This document shows positions 56,291-63,908 of a DNA stretch of 64,000 bases, piece by piece. Both the position numbers and the translations under genes were made by a program. The notes under the pieces were generated by a model that worked only from the letters and a program-made list of their open reading frames with translations, had not been told where the DNA came from and made no database searches. This DNA comes from Pseudomonadota bacterium. GTDB taxonomy: Bacteria; Pseudomonadota; Gammaproteobacteria; Burkholderiales; SG8-39. The stretch lies in NCBI GenBank assembly GCA_947455195.1, contig CANGMI010000002.1:515429-579428 (forward strand). Direction: 5' to 3'. Position 1 is the stretch's first letter. Each line of letters starts with the position of its first letter.

Positions 56291-56832
56291 TGCTCCCGCT
56301 GCAAGACCCGCAGGTGCGGCTCGTCCTGCTCAATCACGTGACCGTGCGATTGGCAGATGCCGCGCAGGATGAGATTCACGCCGCGGGCATCGAGAACGAG
56401 CTGCTGGCCCATCTTCGACAGCTCTCGGCGGTCGATCTCAGTCGCCTGGCCGCGATGCGCAGCTTGACGATCGGCGTCGCGTTCGACGGCGCCGCCCTCA
56501 AGGCGGGCCTGCGTGCGGTGGCGCTCGTCAACGAAGCCAAGGCGCTGGAGACGTACTTCATCCGCCACGGCGCATCCACGCACCTGATGAGCGCGCTCTT
56601 CAAGGTCCGCCGCAAGTTGACGCTCAAGCGCCGGCGCGACTTCGATGCGCGTCGTCCCGCGGGCCGTGTCCGGCTCCCGGATTACGCCACGCGCGAGCGC
56701 ATCTACCAGGCCTGGCGGGCGATCGCCGATCCGGCGCCGCGCGTTCGCTACTACCGCCTGCACCAGGAGTTTCAGCACATCCCGATCGCCGTGTTGGAGG
56801 CGGTGATCCGCGAGTTCGAGGCCGACGAATGA
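56290..56832 (+). CDS. DUF2857-like ICE protein
   Basis: ATG 56290 overlaps the parB-like stop. 180 aa. Both the position after the ParB-like gene and the sequence character match what I remember of DUF2857 in pKLC102/PFGI-1-type elements. The family assignment is from memory. Confidence 0.55.
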   Translation: MLPLQDPQVRLVLLNHVTVRLADAAQDEIHAAGIENELLAHLRQLSAVDLSRLAAMRSLTIGVAFDGAALKAGLRAVALVNEAKALETYFIRHGASTHLMSALFKVRRKLTLKRRRDFDARRPAGRVRLPDYATRERIYQAWRAIADPAPRVRYYRLHQEFQHIPIAVLEAVIREFEADE

Positions 56833-57203
56833 ACGCGCGCCTGGAAGGCCTCGGCATCACTCCGAAGGTGTTGCTCGACGTCTTCGACACACCGGTGAGC
56901 TTTCATCGTTGCCTGGTGCCCGTCACCGGCGGCGTGACATCGGCACTGATGCTGTCGCAGGCGATCTGGACCACCCAGTCGCTCGAGCCCTCTGCCGACG
57001 GCTGGTTCATCCGTTCTCAGGAGCAGTGGACGCAGGAGACCGGGCTGTCGCGCTGGGAACAGGAAACCGCGCGGCGCGCCTTGCGCCGTTCGGGACTGCT
57101 CGAAGAGCGCCGTGTGGGCATGCCGGCCAAGCTCTGGTTCCGCGTGCGTCCAGACGCCGTCTGGCGTGCGCTGCAGGCCCATGCCGGGGCGTCGTACCGA
57201 TGA
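56829..57203 (+). CDS. STY4526/YPO1902-like pathogenicity-island replication protein (single winged-helix-like module)
   Basis: ATGA overlap with the upstream gene. 124 aa carrying one copy of the roughly 95-aa module FHR-L...LMLSQA...GWF...EQW..ETGLS..EQETARR.L, which recurs twice in the next ORF. The family name is from memory. Confidence 0.55.
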   Translation: MNARLEGLGITPKVLLDVFDTPVSFHRCLVPVTGGVTSALMLSQAIWTTQSLEPSADGWFIRSQEQWTQETGLSRWEQETARRALRRSGLLEERRVGMPAKLWFRVRPDAVWRALQAHAGASYR

Positions 57204-57221
57204 CGGCGGGCAGGAGCCGCC

Positions 57222-58646
57222 GTGGCTGAGGACCTGCGCTTTGCAAACGAGGAACCGCGGGGGCGGGAGGCGGCTTTCGATGCGGCGCCGCTGTCGGTGA
57301 TCTGGCCGCTGCTCGGGCGGCACATCGCATTTCATCGCCGCCTCGTGGATCTCACTTCCAGCGTCAAGGCGGCGCTCCTGCTTTCGCAGTCCGCTTATTG
57401 GACGCGCCATGGGCGGGACATCGCCCAGACCGGCGGATGGTTTCACAAGACGACCGAGCAATGGGAAATGGAGACCGGCCTGTCGGCGAAAGAGCAGGCA
57501 ACCGCGCGCGAGGTGCTGCGCGGCCTGGCGCTGCTCGACGACCAGCGCATGGGGATTCCCGCGCGGCTGCACTTCCGGTTGAACGTGGACGAGTTGGGCA
57601 TGCGCCTCGCCGACCGGATCGTCAGCCACCCGCACGCAGCGGACTGGAGCGACCGTGTCGTACTCGCCGAGCTGCTCGGGCCTTCGGTGGCTTTCCACCG
57701 CACGCTTGCCGGTGTCGCCGGCGGCGTGCACGCCGGCCTGATGCTGTCCCGCGCGTTGCACCTGACGCGGATGCAGGCCAGGCACCGCCTGGATCACTGG
57801 ATCGCCAGCTCCGCAGCGCGTTGGTTCGAGGAGATCGGTCTCTCGCGGCGCGAACAGGAAACCGCGCGCCGCGATCTCGTCCGCACCGGGCTCTGGGAGG
57901 AGTGCTTGCGCGGCATTCCGCCGAGCCTGGTGGCGCGCATTCGACTGGACTGCTTGCTCGCTCTGCTCACCGACGACGCATCGGCGGCGAGGAGCCTCGG
58001 CTCGCGCAACGCAGATCCAGATCGTGGCGTTGCCGCAGACAAGGGTTCACCGAAAGTCGAATCAAGACTGAGGCAACCCCGCAGCCTTGTCTCGCCAAAA
58101 CCGCCGGATCAGTTTCGCCCGATCCGCGAACACGGTTCAGCCGAAAGCGCCGTTCTTCTTATGAAACACAGTACAGGTGAATCAGTACAACAACCACAGC
58201 ACACCGCCTCGCCTGCGAGTCCGCCGGACACGTTGGCGGGTGGTGGTGAACTGATCTTTCCCGAGCAGATGCTGCCGGACGAACGCCAGGCAGCGCGTCT
58301 GCTGCTGCGCCATTGCGGCGATCAAGCCCAGTGCCTGCTCGATGAACTCGCGGGCCGGCTTCAGGTGCGCGGTGTTCGCCTCAGCCCGGTGGCCTACCTG
58401 CGCGGGCTCATCGCCCGCGCCGCCGCCGGCAGCTTCGTACCCGAGCTCGGCCCCCGTGTAGCGGTCGAGCGCGAACAGCGGCAGAAGGATGCCAGCCGGC
58501 GTCGCGAACGCGAGGCCGAGGAGCAGCGCCTGGCTGCAGAGCGCGCTACGCCCGAGTACCAGGCCAAGGCCCTGGCCCAGCGGCAAAAGGTCAGACAGAT
58601 GATCGACGAGCTCAAGGCGCGCATGGGCACGAACAGGCAGCCATGA
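57222..58646 (+). CDS. STY4528-like pathogenicity-island replication protein (two winged-helix-like modules plus a C-terminal coiled-coil/basic tail)
   Basis: 474 aa with a GTG start. It has two internal copies of the module seen in the preceding ORF (about 57297-57570 and 57660-57957). The C-terminus is rich in R/E/Q (REQRQKDASRRREREAEEQRLAAE). Confidence 0.55.
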   Translation: MAEDLRFANEEPRGREAAFDAAPLSVIWPLLGRHIAFHRRLVDLTSSVKAALLLSQSAYWTRHGRDIAQTGGWFHKTTEQWEMETGLSAKEQATAREVLRGLALLDDQRMGIPARLHFRLNVDELGMRLADRIVSHPHAADWSDRVVLAELLGPSVAFHRTLAGVAGGVHAGLMLSRALHLTRMQARHRLDHWIASSAARWFEEIGLSRREQETARRDLVRTGLWEECLRGIPPSLVARIRLDCLLALLTDDASAARSLGSRNADPDRGVAADKGSPKVESRLRQPRSLVSPKPPDQFRPIREHGSAESAVLLMKHSTGESVQQPQHTASPASPPDTLAGGGELIFPEQMLPDERQAARLLLRHCGDQAQCLLDELAGRLQVRGVRLSPVAYLRGLIARAAAGSFVPELGPRVAVEREQRQKDASRRREREAEEQRLAAERATPEYQAKALAQRQKVRQMIDELKARMGTNRQP

Positions 58647-59587
58647 ACACAACGCGCCCACTCATCCAACCGACGCAACAACACCCCTACACGGAGTCCT
58701 CCATGACAACGCAAGACACGCCGTCAATGCTCGGGCCGGCGACAACAGTCGATTCCGCGCCGATGCCTCGCGACGCGCCGGCGCCGAACGCCCCGCCCGC
58801 GATGGGGCGGCTTGCCGACGAGACGCCCGATGCGATGACGCTGCACACCCAGGATGCGTACCGGATGTTCATTGGCCGCGCCGCCGATGCGGTGACCAAG
58901 GCACCGGCGATCCCGGGCGGCCGGCGGTTTGCGGCGATGCTGAAGGCGATCTGGTACCTGTCGGCCAACGACAACCCCTACGCCGACTGGCTCCTGATCC
59001 GGGTCTATCAGTCCCTGGCCAGCATCCGATCGCAAATGGGCAAGGTCATCGAAGCACGAGAGGCCGAGTTCGAGCGGCTGCGCCGCAAGGGGCTCGCGCT
59101 GTCCGTGCTCGCTTCGCGCAGCCCGGTCACCGTGGAGTTGGGGTTCCGCAGTCCGTACGGCTACGCCACGGCCGAAGCGATCGTCGAGTTCGACTACCAC
59201 GTGCGGATGGTCAAGACCCTCGTGCTCAAGGACCGCATGAGCGACGAGGCGGGCAGGGCCGACATCCGCGCCGTCGGCCGCGGACTCCGGGCGCTCTTCC
59301 TGGAGCCGATCCGCTGGGAGCGCCACCTGCTGCGCGAGGAGATGCTGCCCTTGAGCCGGCGCGACTTCTTGCCCGGAGCCGACGAGGCGGCTCGACAGCG
59401 GGTGCGCGCCGCGGTGGCGCTGTTCGGCGAAGTTCCGCGCAAGGTGTTCACTGGTGAGGAGGCACCGCGACACTCGCAACGACGCATCACGCCGAGCGCC
59501 GCGGAATTGCGGCTGATGCAGCAGGTCTCGCTCGGCGCGGACGCGAGCTTTGAGCCGCCGGCGGCAACGGAAGAGCAACTGCTGTGA
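58643..59587 (+). CDS. conserved ICE protein of unknown function (possibly PFL_4669/TIGR03761-type)
   Basis: 314-aa ORF with an ATGA overlap to the upstream gene and good coding character. The family guess rests only on position and size. Confidence 0.45.
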   Translation: MNTTRPLIQPTQQHPYTESSMTTQDTPSMLGPATTVDSAPMPRDAPAPNAPPAMGRLADETPDAMTLHTQDAYRMFIGRAADAVTKAPAIPGGRRFAAMLKAIWYLSANDNPYADWLLIRVYQSLASIRSQMGKVIEAREAEFERLRRKGLALSVLASRSPVTVELGFRSPYGYATAEAIVEFDYHVRMVKTLVLKDRMSDEAGRADIRAVGRGLRALFLEPIRWERHLLREEMLPLSRRDFLPGADEAARQRVRAAVALFGEVPRKVFTGEEAPRHSQRRITPSAAELRLMQQVSLGADASFEPPAATEEQLL

Positions 59588-59973
59588 ACCGCGCGGCGTG
59601 CCTACCGGTTCGGCACCCCAGTGCGCAGGAGTGGCGGATGCTCCGAGTGCTGGCGCATGACGCACTCGCGAACGCGATGCTGCGCGGCTTCGAGTGGATC
59701 TCGTTCCGCGGCTACTGCATCGAGGCCAGGCGCTTCTCTGCAGCCGGTGTGGAAAGGGCTTCCGTAGACCTCACGCTCACTGCCTTCGGTGGCGCCGAGC
59801 TGCTGGATCGCGTCCGCATTGCAGTTGCATTCCCATCGGACCCGGGATCAGCATGCCGCATAGATCCCTTGCACGCGCCGGCGATTGCCGCGCGCCGCGT
59901 CGAGTCTCTCGCTGGCTGTGTCAGCCCGGTTGATGCCCGTTACGCATCGCCCGAAACCGGTCAGATCTCCTGA
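59584..59973 (+). CDS. hypothetical protein
   Basis: 129-aa ORF whose GTG start overlaps the upstream stop (GTGA). It is the last gene of the coupled parA operon. I recognise no motif. Confidence 0.45.
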   Translation: MNRAACLPVRHPSAQEWRMLRVLAHDALANAMLRGFEWISFRGYCIEARRFSAAGVERASVDLTLTAFGGAELLDRVRIAVAFPSDPGSACRIDPLHAPAIAARRVESLAGCVSPVDARYASPETGQIS

Positions 59974-60031
59974 GAACCGGTGGCCGCAAGGCCCGGAGAT
60001 TTCGTCAGTGCTTCTACCCAGCCGGGGAGTC

Positions 60032-60052
60032 CCATCCCCGCACTGGGGATGG
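60032..60052 (+). promoter_or_regulatory. hairpin H1 (CCATCCCC-gcact-GGGGATGG) upstream of the DUF3577 gene
   Basis: A perfect 8-bp stem read directly, about 60 nt before ATG 60093. It is preceded by TCGTCAGT at 60002-60009. Confidence 0.5.
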
Positions 60053-60092
60053 TCTCTCCATTTTCATGTGTTCCATGTCATAGGAGGCCATC

Positions 60093-60533
60093 ATGTCCGA
60101 GTCATCCCAAGCCAGCAGCCCGTCGTCGTTCTTCAACCTGCACGTCGAAGGCGTCGGCTATCTCAATCGCGTTCGCACCGTGAAGCCGAAGAAGGGCCAG
60201 GAGTTCCTGGCCTGCACCGTGGCTGCCCTTCGCGGCAGCGACAGTGACGTCAGCTACACGAAGTTCGACTGCCGTGTCAGCGGTGCTGACGCTCAGGCGA
60301 TCGTCAAGCGCCTGGAAAACGATGTTGCGGCCGACAAGGCCGTGATCATCGGCTTCCGGATCGCCGACATCTATCCCGAAATGTTCACCTTCGAGAAGGG
60401 CGACAGGAAGGGACAGCCGGGCGTAAGCATCAAGGGTCGACTGCTGCGCATCAAGTTCGCCAAGGTCAACGGTGAACCCATCGATGTGCCGCAACCGGCG
60501 CGCGCAGAGGAACGCGAAAGCGTTCCGTTCTGA
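60093..60533 (+). CDS. DUF3577 / STY4534-like ICE replication protein (OB-fold, SSB-like)
   Basis: AGGAGG RBS. 146 aa with [36 protein letters not shown] and an acidic C-terminal tail ending ...EERESVPF, reminiscent of SSB tails. The family assignment is from memory. Confidence 0.6.
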   Translation: MSESSQASSPSSFFNLHVEGVGYLNRVRTVKPKKGQEFLACTVAALRGSDSDVSYTKFDCRVSGADAQAIVKRLENDVAADKAVIIGFRIADIYPEMFTFEKGDRKGQPGVSIKGRLLRIKFAKVNGEPIDVPQPARAEERESVPF

Positions 60534-60559
60534 CCGCCGGCATCGTCAGTCTCGATCCA

Positions 60560-60587
60560 TCCCCCGGGGAGCTCGCTCCCTGGGGGA
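60560..60587 (+). promoter_or_regulatory. hairpin H2 (TCCCCCGGGGA-gctcgc-TCCCTGGGGGA, one mismatch) upstream of radC
   Basis: Read directly, about 60 nt before ATG 60622. It is preceded by TCGTCAGT at 60543-60550 and CCATCCCC at 60558-60565. Confidence 0.45.
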
Positions 60588-60621
60588 GGAGTTCCCCATT
60601 CGTCATACGAAGGAGAACTCC

Positions 60622-61215
60622 ATGTGTCGACCGATCGAGTCGATGTCGGACGCGGCCCTGCTCAGCACGCTGGTAGGACCCCGAACGGCAGCGAACCTGT
60701 TGAAAGATGCGAGCGGCAGCCTGTCGCGGCTGCTGAACGCAGACGTAGCGCAGCAAGTCCCGTCGTCCTCCGTCGGAGCGAAGCTGATGGCGGCCAGGGA
60801 ACTGGTCCGTCGTGCCCTTGCCGAGACGATGCGCGAGCGGGACATGCTGGCCTCACCAGCCGCGGTGCGCGACTACTTGCGGATCATGCTGGCCCAGCGC
60901 GACCACGAAGTCTTCATGGTGCTGTTCCTCGATGCACAGAACCGGGTCATCGCACCCGAGGAAATGTTTCGAGGGACGCTCACGCAGACCAGCGTGTACC
61001 CGCGTGAAGTGGTCAAGCGGGCGCTGTCGCTGAACGCTGCGGCAGTGATCCTGGCGCACAACCACCCCTCGGGTGTCGCCGAGCCCAGCCGGGCCGACGA
61101 GTTCCTGACCCAGTCGCTGCGTTCCGCGCTGGCCCTGGTCGACATCCGTGTGCTCGACCACATCGTGATCGCAGGCAGCAACGCCACCTCGTTCGCCGAA
61201 CGCGGCCTGTTGTAG
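60622..61215 (+). CDS. radC: RadC-family JAB/JAMM domain protein
   Basis: AAGGAG RBS. The C-terminal JAMM motif is [17 protein letters not shown]...LDHIVI. Confidence 0.9.
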   Translation: MCRPIESMSDAALLSTLVGPRTAANLLKDASGSLSRLLNADVAQQVPSSSVGAKLMAARELVRRALAETMRERDMLASPAAVRDYLRIMLAQRDHEVFMVLFLDAQNRVIAPEEMFRGTLTQTSVYPREVVKRALSLNAAAVILAHNHPSGVAEPSRADEFLTQSLRSALALVDIRVLDHIVIAGSNATSFAERGLL

Positions 61216-61288
61216 CCCGTGCACCCCGCGCGACACCCGTCGCGCTTCCCATCCGGATCGGGATTCCCCGGTCCGGTTCTTCACCCCA

Positions 61289-61308
61289 GCGGGGATGTGC
61301 ATCCCCGC
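61289..61308 (+). promoter_or_regulatory. hairpin H3 (GCGGGGAT-gtgc-ATCCCCGC) upstream of the DUF932 gene
   Basis: A perfect 8-bp stem. It overlaps an alternative stem CCCCGC-atg-GCGGGG (61303-61317). It shares the CATCCCCGCA core with H1 and lies about 50 nt before ATG 61350. Confidence 0.5.
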
Positions 61309-61349
61309 ATGGCGGGGGGCCGTTCCTGCAACTTCTCTGGAGACTCACC

Positions 61350-62414
61350 ATGAAGAGCGGACGTTCCCTCGTCGACCTGGCCCAAGAACTCGAGCGCCAG
61401 ATCTCCTCCAAGCGCGACCTGGTCGTGCCTTCGTCCTTCCTGCAGTGCCGTACCGATGAGGATGGCAGCCTCAAGCTGATCGTCGACTCCCGCCAGGGAG
61501 ACGGCGAATACGGCGTCACGGGTCTGGCGCGTCGACAGCTCGCCGACAAGCTCAAGATTCCGTTCGCCTACTTCGAGCGCATGCGTACCGAGCAGCCCCA
61601 ACTGCTCGATCGCAACGTCAACACCTGGCTGCAATCGGACGGCGACCGCCGGATGATTCGCACGCTGGACGGGCAGGTGAGGGCGGTGCTGTCGGACCGC
61701 TATCGCCGGCTGGACAACTTCGATCTTGCGGAGAACGTCCTGCCGATCCTGCAGCGGCTGGAAGGTGCCCGCTTCGAATCGGTCGAACTGACCGAGACGA
61801 AGATGTACCTGAAAGTCATCACGCCTCGCGTCGAGTTCGAGGTCGCCCCCGGCGACATCGTGCAGGCCGGCATCGTCATCACCAACTCGGAGGTCGGCTG
61901 CGGCACGCTCTCGGTGCAGCCGCTGATCTACCGGCTGGTGTGCAAGAACGGTCTGATCGCATCGGACCATGCGCTGCGCAAGACGCATGTCGGGCGCTCG
62001 CTGACCACGGAAGCGGAGTCGGTCAATGTGTTCAGGGACGACACCCTGGCCGCAGACGACCGGGCCTTCTTCCTCAAGGTGCGGGATGTGGTCGAGGCTG
62101 CGGTTTCCGAAGCCACGTTCCGCCAGGTCGCGCAGAAGCTGCAGAAGACGCGCGACATCCGTCTGACCGGCGACCCGGTGAAGTCCGTCGAGGTGCTGGC
62201 CAACCGCTACACGCTCAACGACACCGAGCGAGCCGGCGTGCTGCGGCACCTCATCGTCGAAGGTGACCTCAGTGCCTACGGTCTGGTCAACGCTGTCACG
62301 CACTTCTCGCAGGACGTCGAGGACTACGACCGTGCCACCGATCTCGAGGCGCTGGGCGGAAAGCTCATCGAGCTGGCCCCCGGCGACTGGAAGGAGTTGG
62401 CCCACGCCGCCTGA
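61350..62414 (+). CDS. DUF932 domain-containing protein
   Basis: 354 aa. RAVLSDRYRRLDNFDLAE, GIVITNSEVGCGTLSVQPLIYRLVCKNGLI and LRKTHVGR are characteristic DUF932 blocks. Confidence 0.8.
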   Translation: MKSGRSLVDLAQELERQISSKRDLVVPSSFLQCRTDEDGSLKLIVDSRQGDGEYGVTGLARRQLADKLKIPFAYFERMRTEQPQLLDRNVNTWLQSDGDRRMIRTLDGQVRAVLSDRYRRLDNFDLAENVLPILQRLEGARFESVELTETKMYLKVITPRVEFEVAPGDIVQAGIVITNSEVGCGTLSVQPLIYRLVCKNGLIASDHALRKTHVGRSLTTEAESVNVFRDDTLAADDRAFFLKVRDVVEAAVSEATFRQVAQKLQKTRDIRLTGDPVKSVEVLANRYTLNDTERAGVLRHLIVEGDLSAYGLVNAVTHFSQDVEDYDRATDLEALGGKLIELAPGDWKELAHAA

Positions 62415-62419
62415 GAACC

Positions 62420-62450
62420 CCCGAAGCACCGCCGCCGGCGGTGCTTCGGG
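62420..62450. terminator. bidirectional stem-loop terminator between convergent genes
   Basis: CCCGAAGCACCGCC (62420-62433) pairs perfectly with GGCGGTGCTTCGGG (62437-62450). It sits 6 nt after the DUF932 stop and upstream of the convergent recombinase-like gene stop. There is no strong U-tract. Confidence 0.6.
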
Positions 62451-62576
62451 ACTCTTGCCCCTGATTGAAGTCCTCCCCCTCGCCCGGCGCAGCCTCACGG
62501 TTGCCCGGGCATTATTTCGTCTGTCAGCAGTGCTGACGACTGCCCCGGCAGTCGCTCGGTCGCTCCAACGAGAGAC

Positions 62577-63443
62577 TCATCGGCCCAGATACACCGCCGT
62601 GATCTGCTCGCGCTCATGCCCCAGCTCTTCGCTGATCGTGAGTCGCGCTTCGCGGTCGGCCTCGCGCTGCGAGGGCGTGAGGTCTCTCGACCGCGGCCCG
62701 CCAGCCGCCGGCGCCGGCCAGCCGGTCAGCTCGCGGTAGCGGGTCTGCGCGTACTGATGGCGGTGGCCGTGGATGCGGTGCGCGCCGGCCGCCGCGCACT
62801 GATACTCGAAGCGACGCAACTGCTCGACATAGCTTCGCTCGGCCGGGATGAGGCTGCCCCTGCCGGCCAGTGCCTTGGCCTCGTCGAGGACTTGGCGCTG
62901 CTCCGCGTTGCGGATCGGGATCTCGCGCGGCCGCCCACCCTTGGTCCAGGTGTCCTTGAGCGCCAGCCGGTCACCGCGGTCAGCCCACTCCGGCCGGACC
63001 TTGATCGACTCGCCGCGTCGCAGCCCGAAGGCCGCCTGCAGCCGCAGCGACATCGCCGTGTGCGGATCCGTGATCCTGGCGAGCTCGCCCCCGGTCAGTT
63101 GCCGCGCCTTGCTGACATTGGTGACGTATTGCCGGTTGCCGATGCCGTAGTGGTCGTTGTCGCGGGCGATGACGTTCTGCTTGCCGATCTTCTCGGCCCA
63201 CCATCGCAGCTCCGCCATCCGGTTCTTGATCGTGCCCACGGCGAGGCCTTCCGCCTGCCATCGCTCCACCAGGCCCTCGACGTGCTTGGGCTTGAGGCTC
63301 GCTGCAGCCATATGTCGGTATCCCATCTCCTGTAGCTGATTCGCCACCAGGTCGAGCACGCGCTCGCGATCGCGCTGGGTCGCGAAGCTGCCGTCGCGGT
63401 TGCGCCGGCACAGCTGCTTCAGCTCGTAGTTCAGGTTGCGCAT
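62577..63443 (-). CDS. tyrosine-recombinase-like 'integrase domain' protein (phage-integrase N-terminal SAM-like plus catalytic domain)
   Basis: ATG 63443 gives 288 aa (MRNLNYELKQLCRRNRDGSFATQRDR...). Candidate catalytic residues are GLRRGES (R), HGHRHQYAQ (HxxR) and ITAVYLGR (Y). The upstream part of track ORF ..63878 is low-complexity and rejected. Confidence 0.7.
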   Translation of the reverse strand: MRNLNYELKQLCRRNRDGSFATQRDRERVLDLVANQLQEMGYRHMAAASLKPKHVEGLVERWQAEGLAVGTIKNRMAELRWWAEKIGKQNVIARDNDHYGIGNRQYVTNVSKARQLTGGELARITDPHTAMSLRLQAAFGLRRGESIKVRPEWADRGDRLALKDTWTKGGRPREIPIRNAEQRQVLDEAKALAGRGSLIPAERSYVEQLRRFEYQCAAAGAHRIHGHRHQYAQTRYRELTGWPAPAAGGPRSRDLTPSQREADREARLTISEELGHEREQITAVYLGR

Positions 63444-63867
63444 TCGGTTGCTGCTGTCGGTCTCCGTCGTCGGTTCGGTCGGCTGCCCCTGGGGGCGGTT
63501 CGGGTTCGTTGTCGCTGGTGTGTGATCGGTCTGGTCAGTGTTTCTGTCCGTCCCGAACGCCTGGGCGTTGCGGGAACCACGAGGGACACGGGACACCACT
63601 CCCGTTTCGTGCCGAGTTACTGCTGGCCGCCGCGGCACGCGGCATTGGCGTCGATGACGCTTCCTGCGGGAAGGCGATCCATCGGGTGAGCCATTGCCCC
63701 AAGGCTCTGGGTGCGCCGGTTGGCGCCATGGCTGACATGGCCCGCGGGGAGCGGGCGGGTGCAGACCGCGTTGCAGGTTCCGAGGTCTTGACGCGCCTGG
63801 GAGCCCGTCACGTGGGGTCGTCACTTGCGACAGCCCCGGCAAAACGCTCGTGCGCTGGGGCGGCGTG

Positions 63868-63908
63868 CGCGTCGTCACTACTGGCTGGCGCCGCGTAGTG
63901 ACGACGCG
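63868..63908. repeat. perfect 14-bp inverted repeat (CGCGTCGTCACTAC / GTAGTGACGACGCG) with a 13-nt spacer
   Basis: Read directly: arms at 63868-63881 and 63895-63908. A third half-site, GTCGTCACT, is at 63817-63825. Confidence 0.8.

Noticed and set aside
63444-63878. Upstream 145 codons of track ORF 62577..63878 (minus strand)
   Set aside because: The segment is Pro/Arg/Gly/Thr low-complexity sequence. The recombinase-like domain begins at ATG 63443 (MRNLNYELK...).
63509-63898. 129-aa plus-strand ORF in the otherwise non-coding stretch near the right edge
   Set aside because: It has no Shine-Dalgarno, an Ala/Gly/Arg-biased composition and no motif, and it runs across the 14-bp palindrome. 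I treat the region as non-coding or regulatory pending more sequence.
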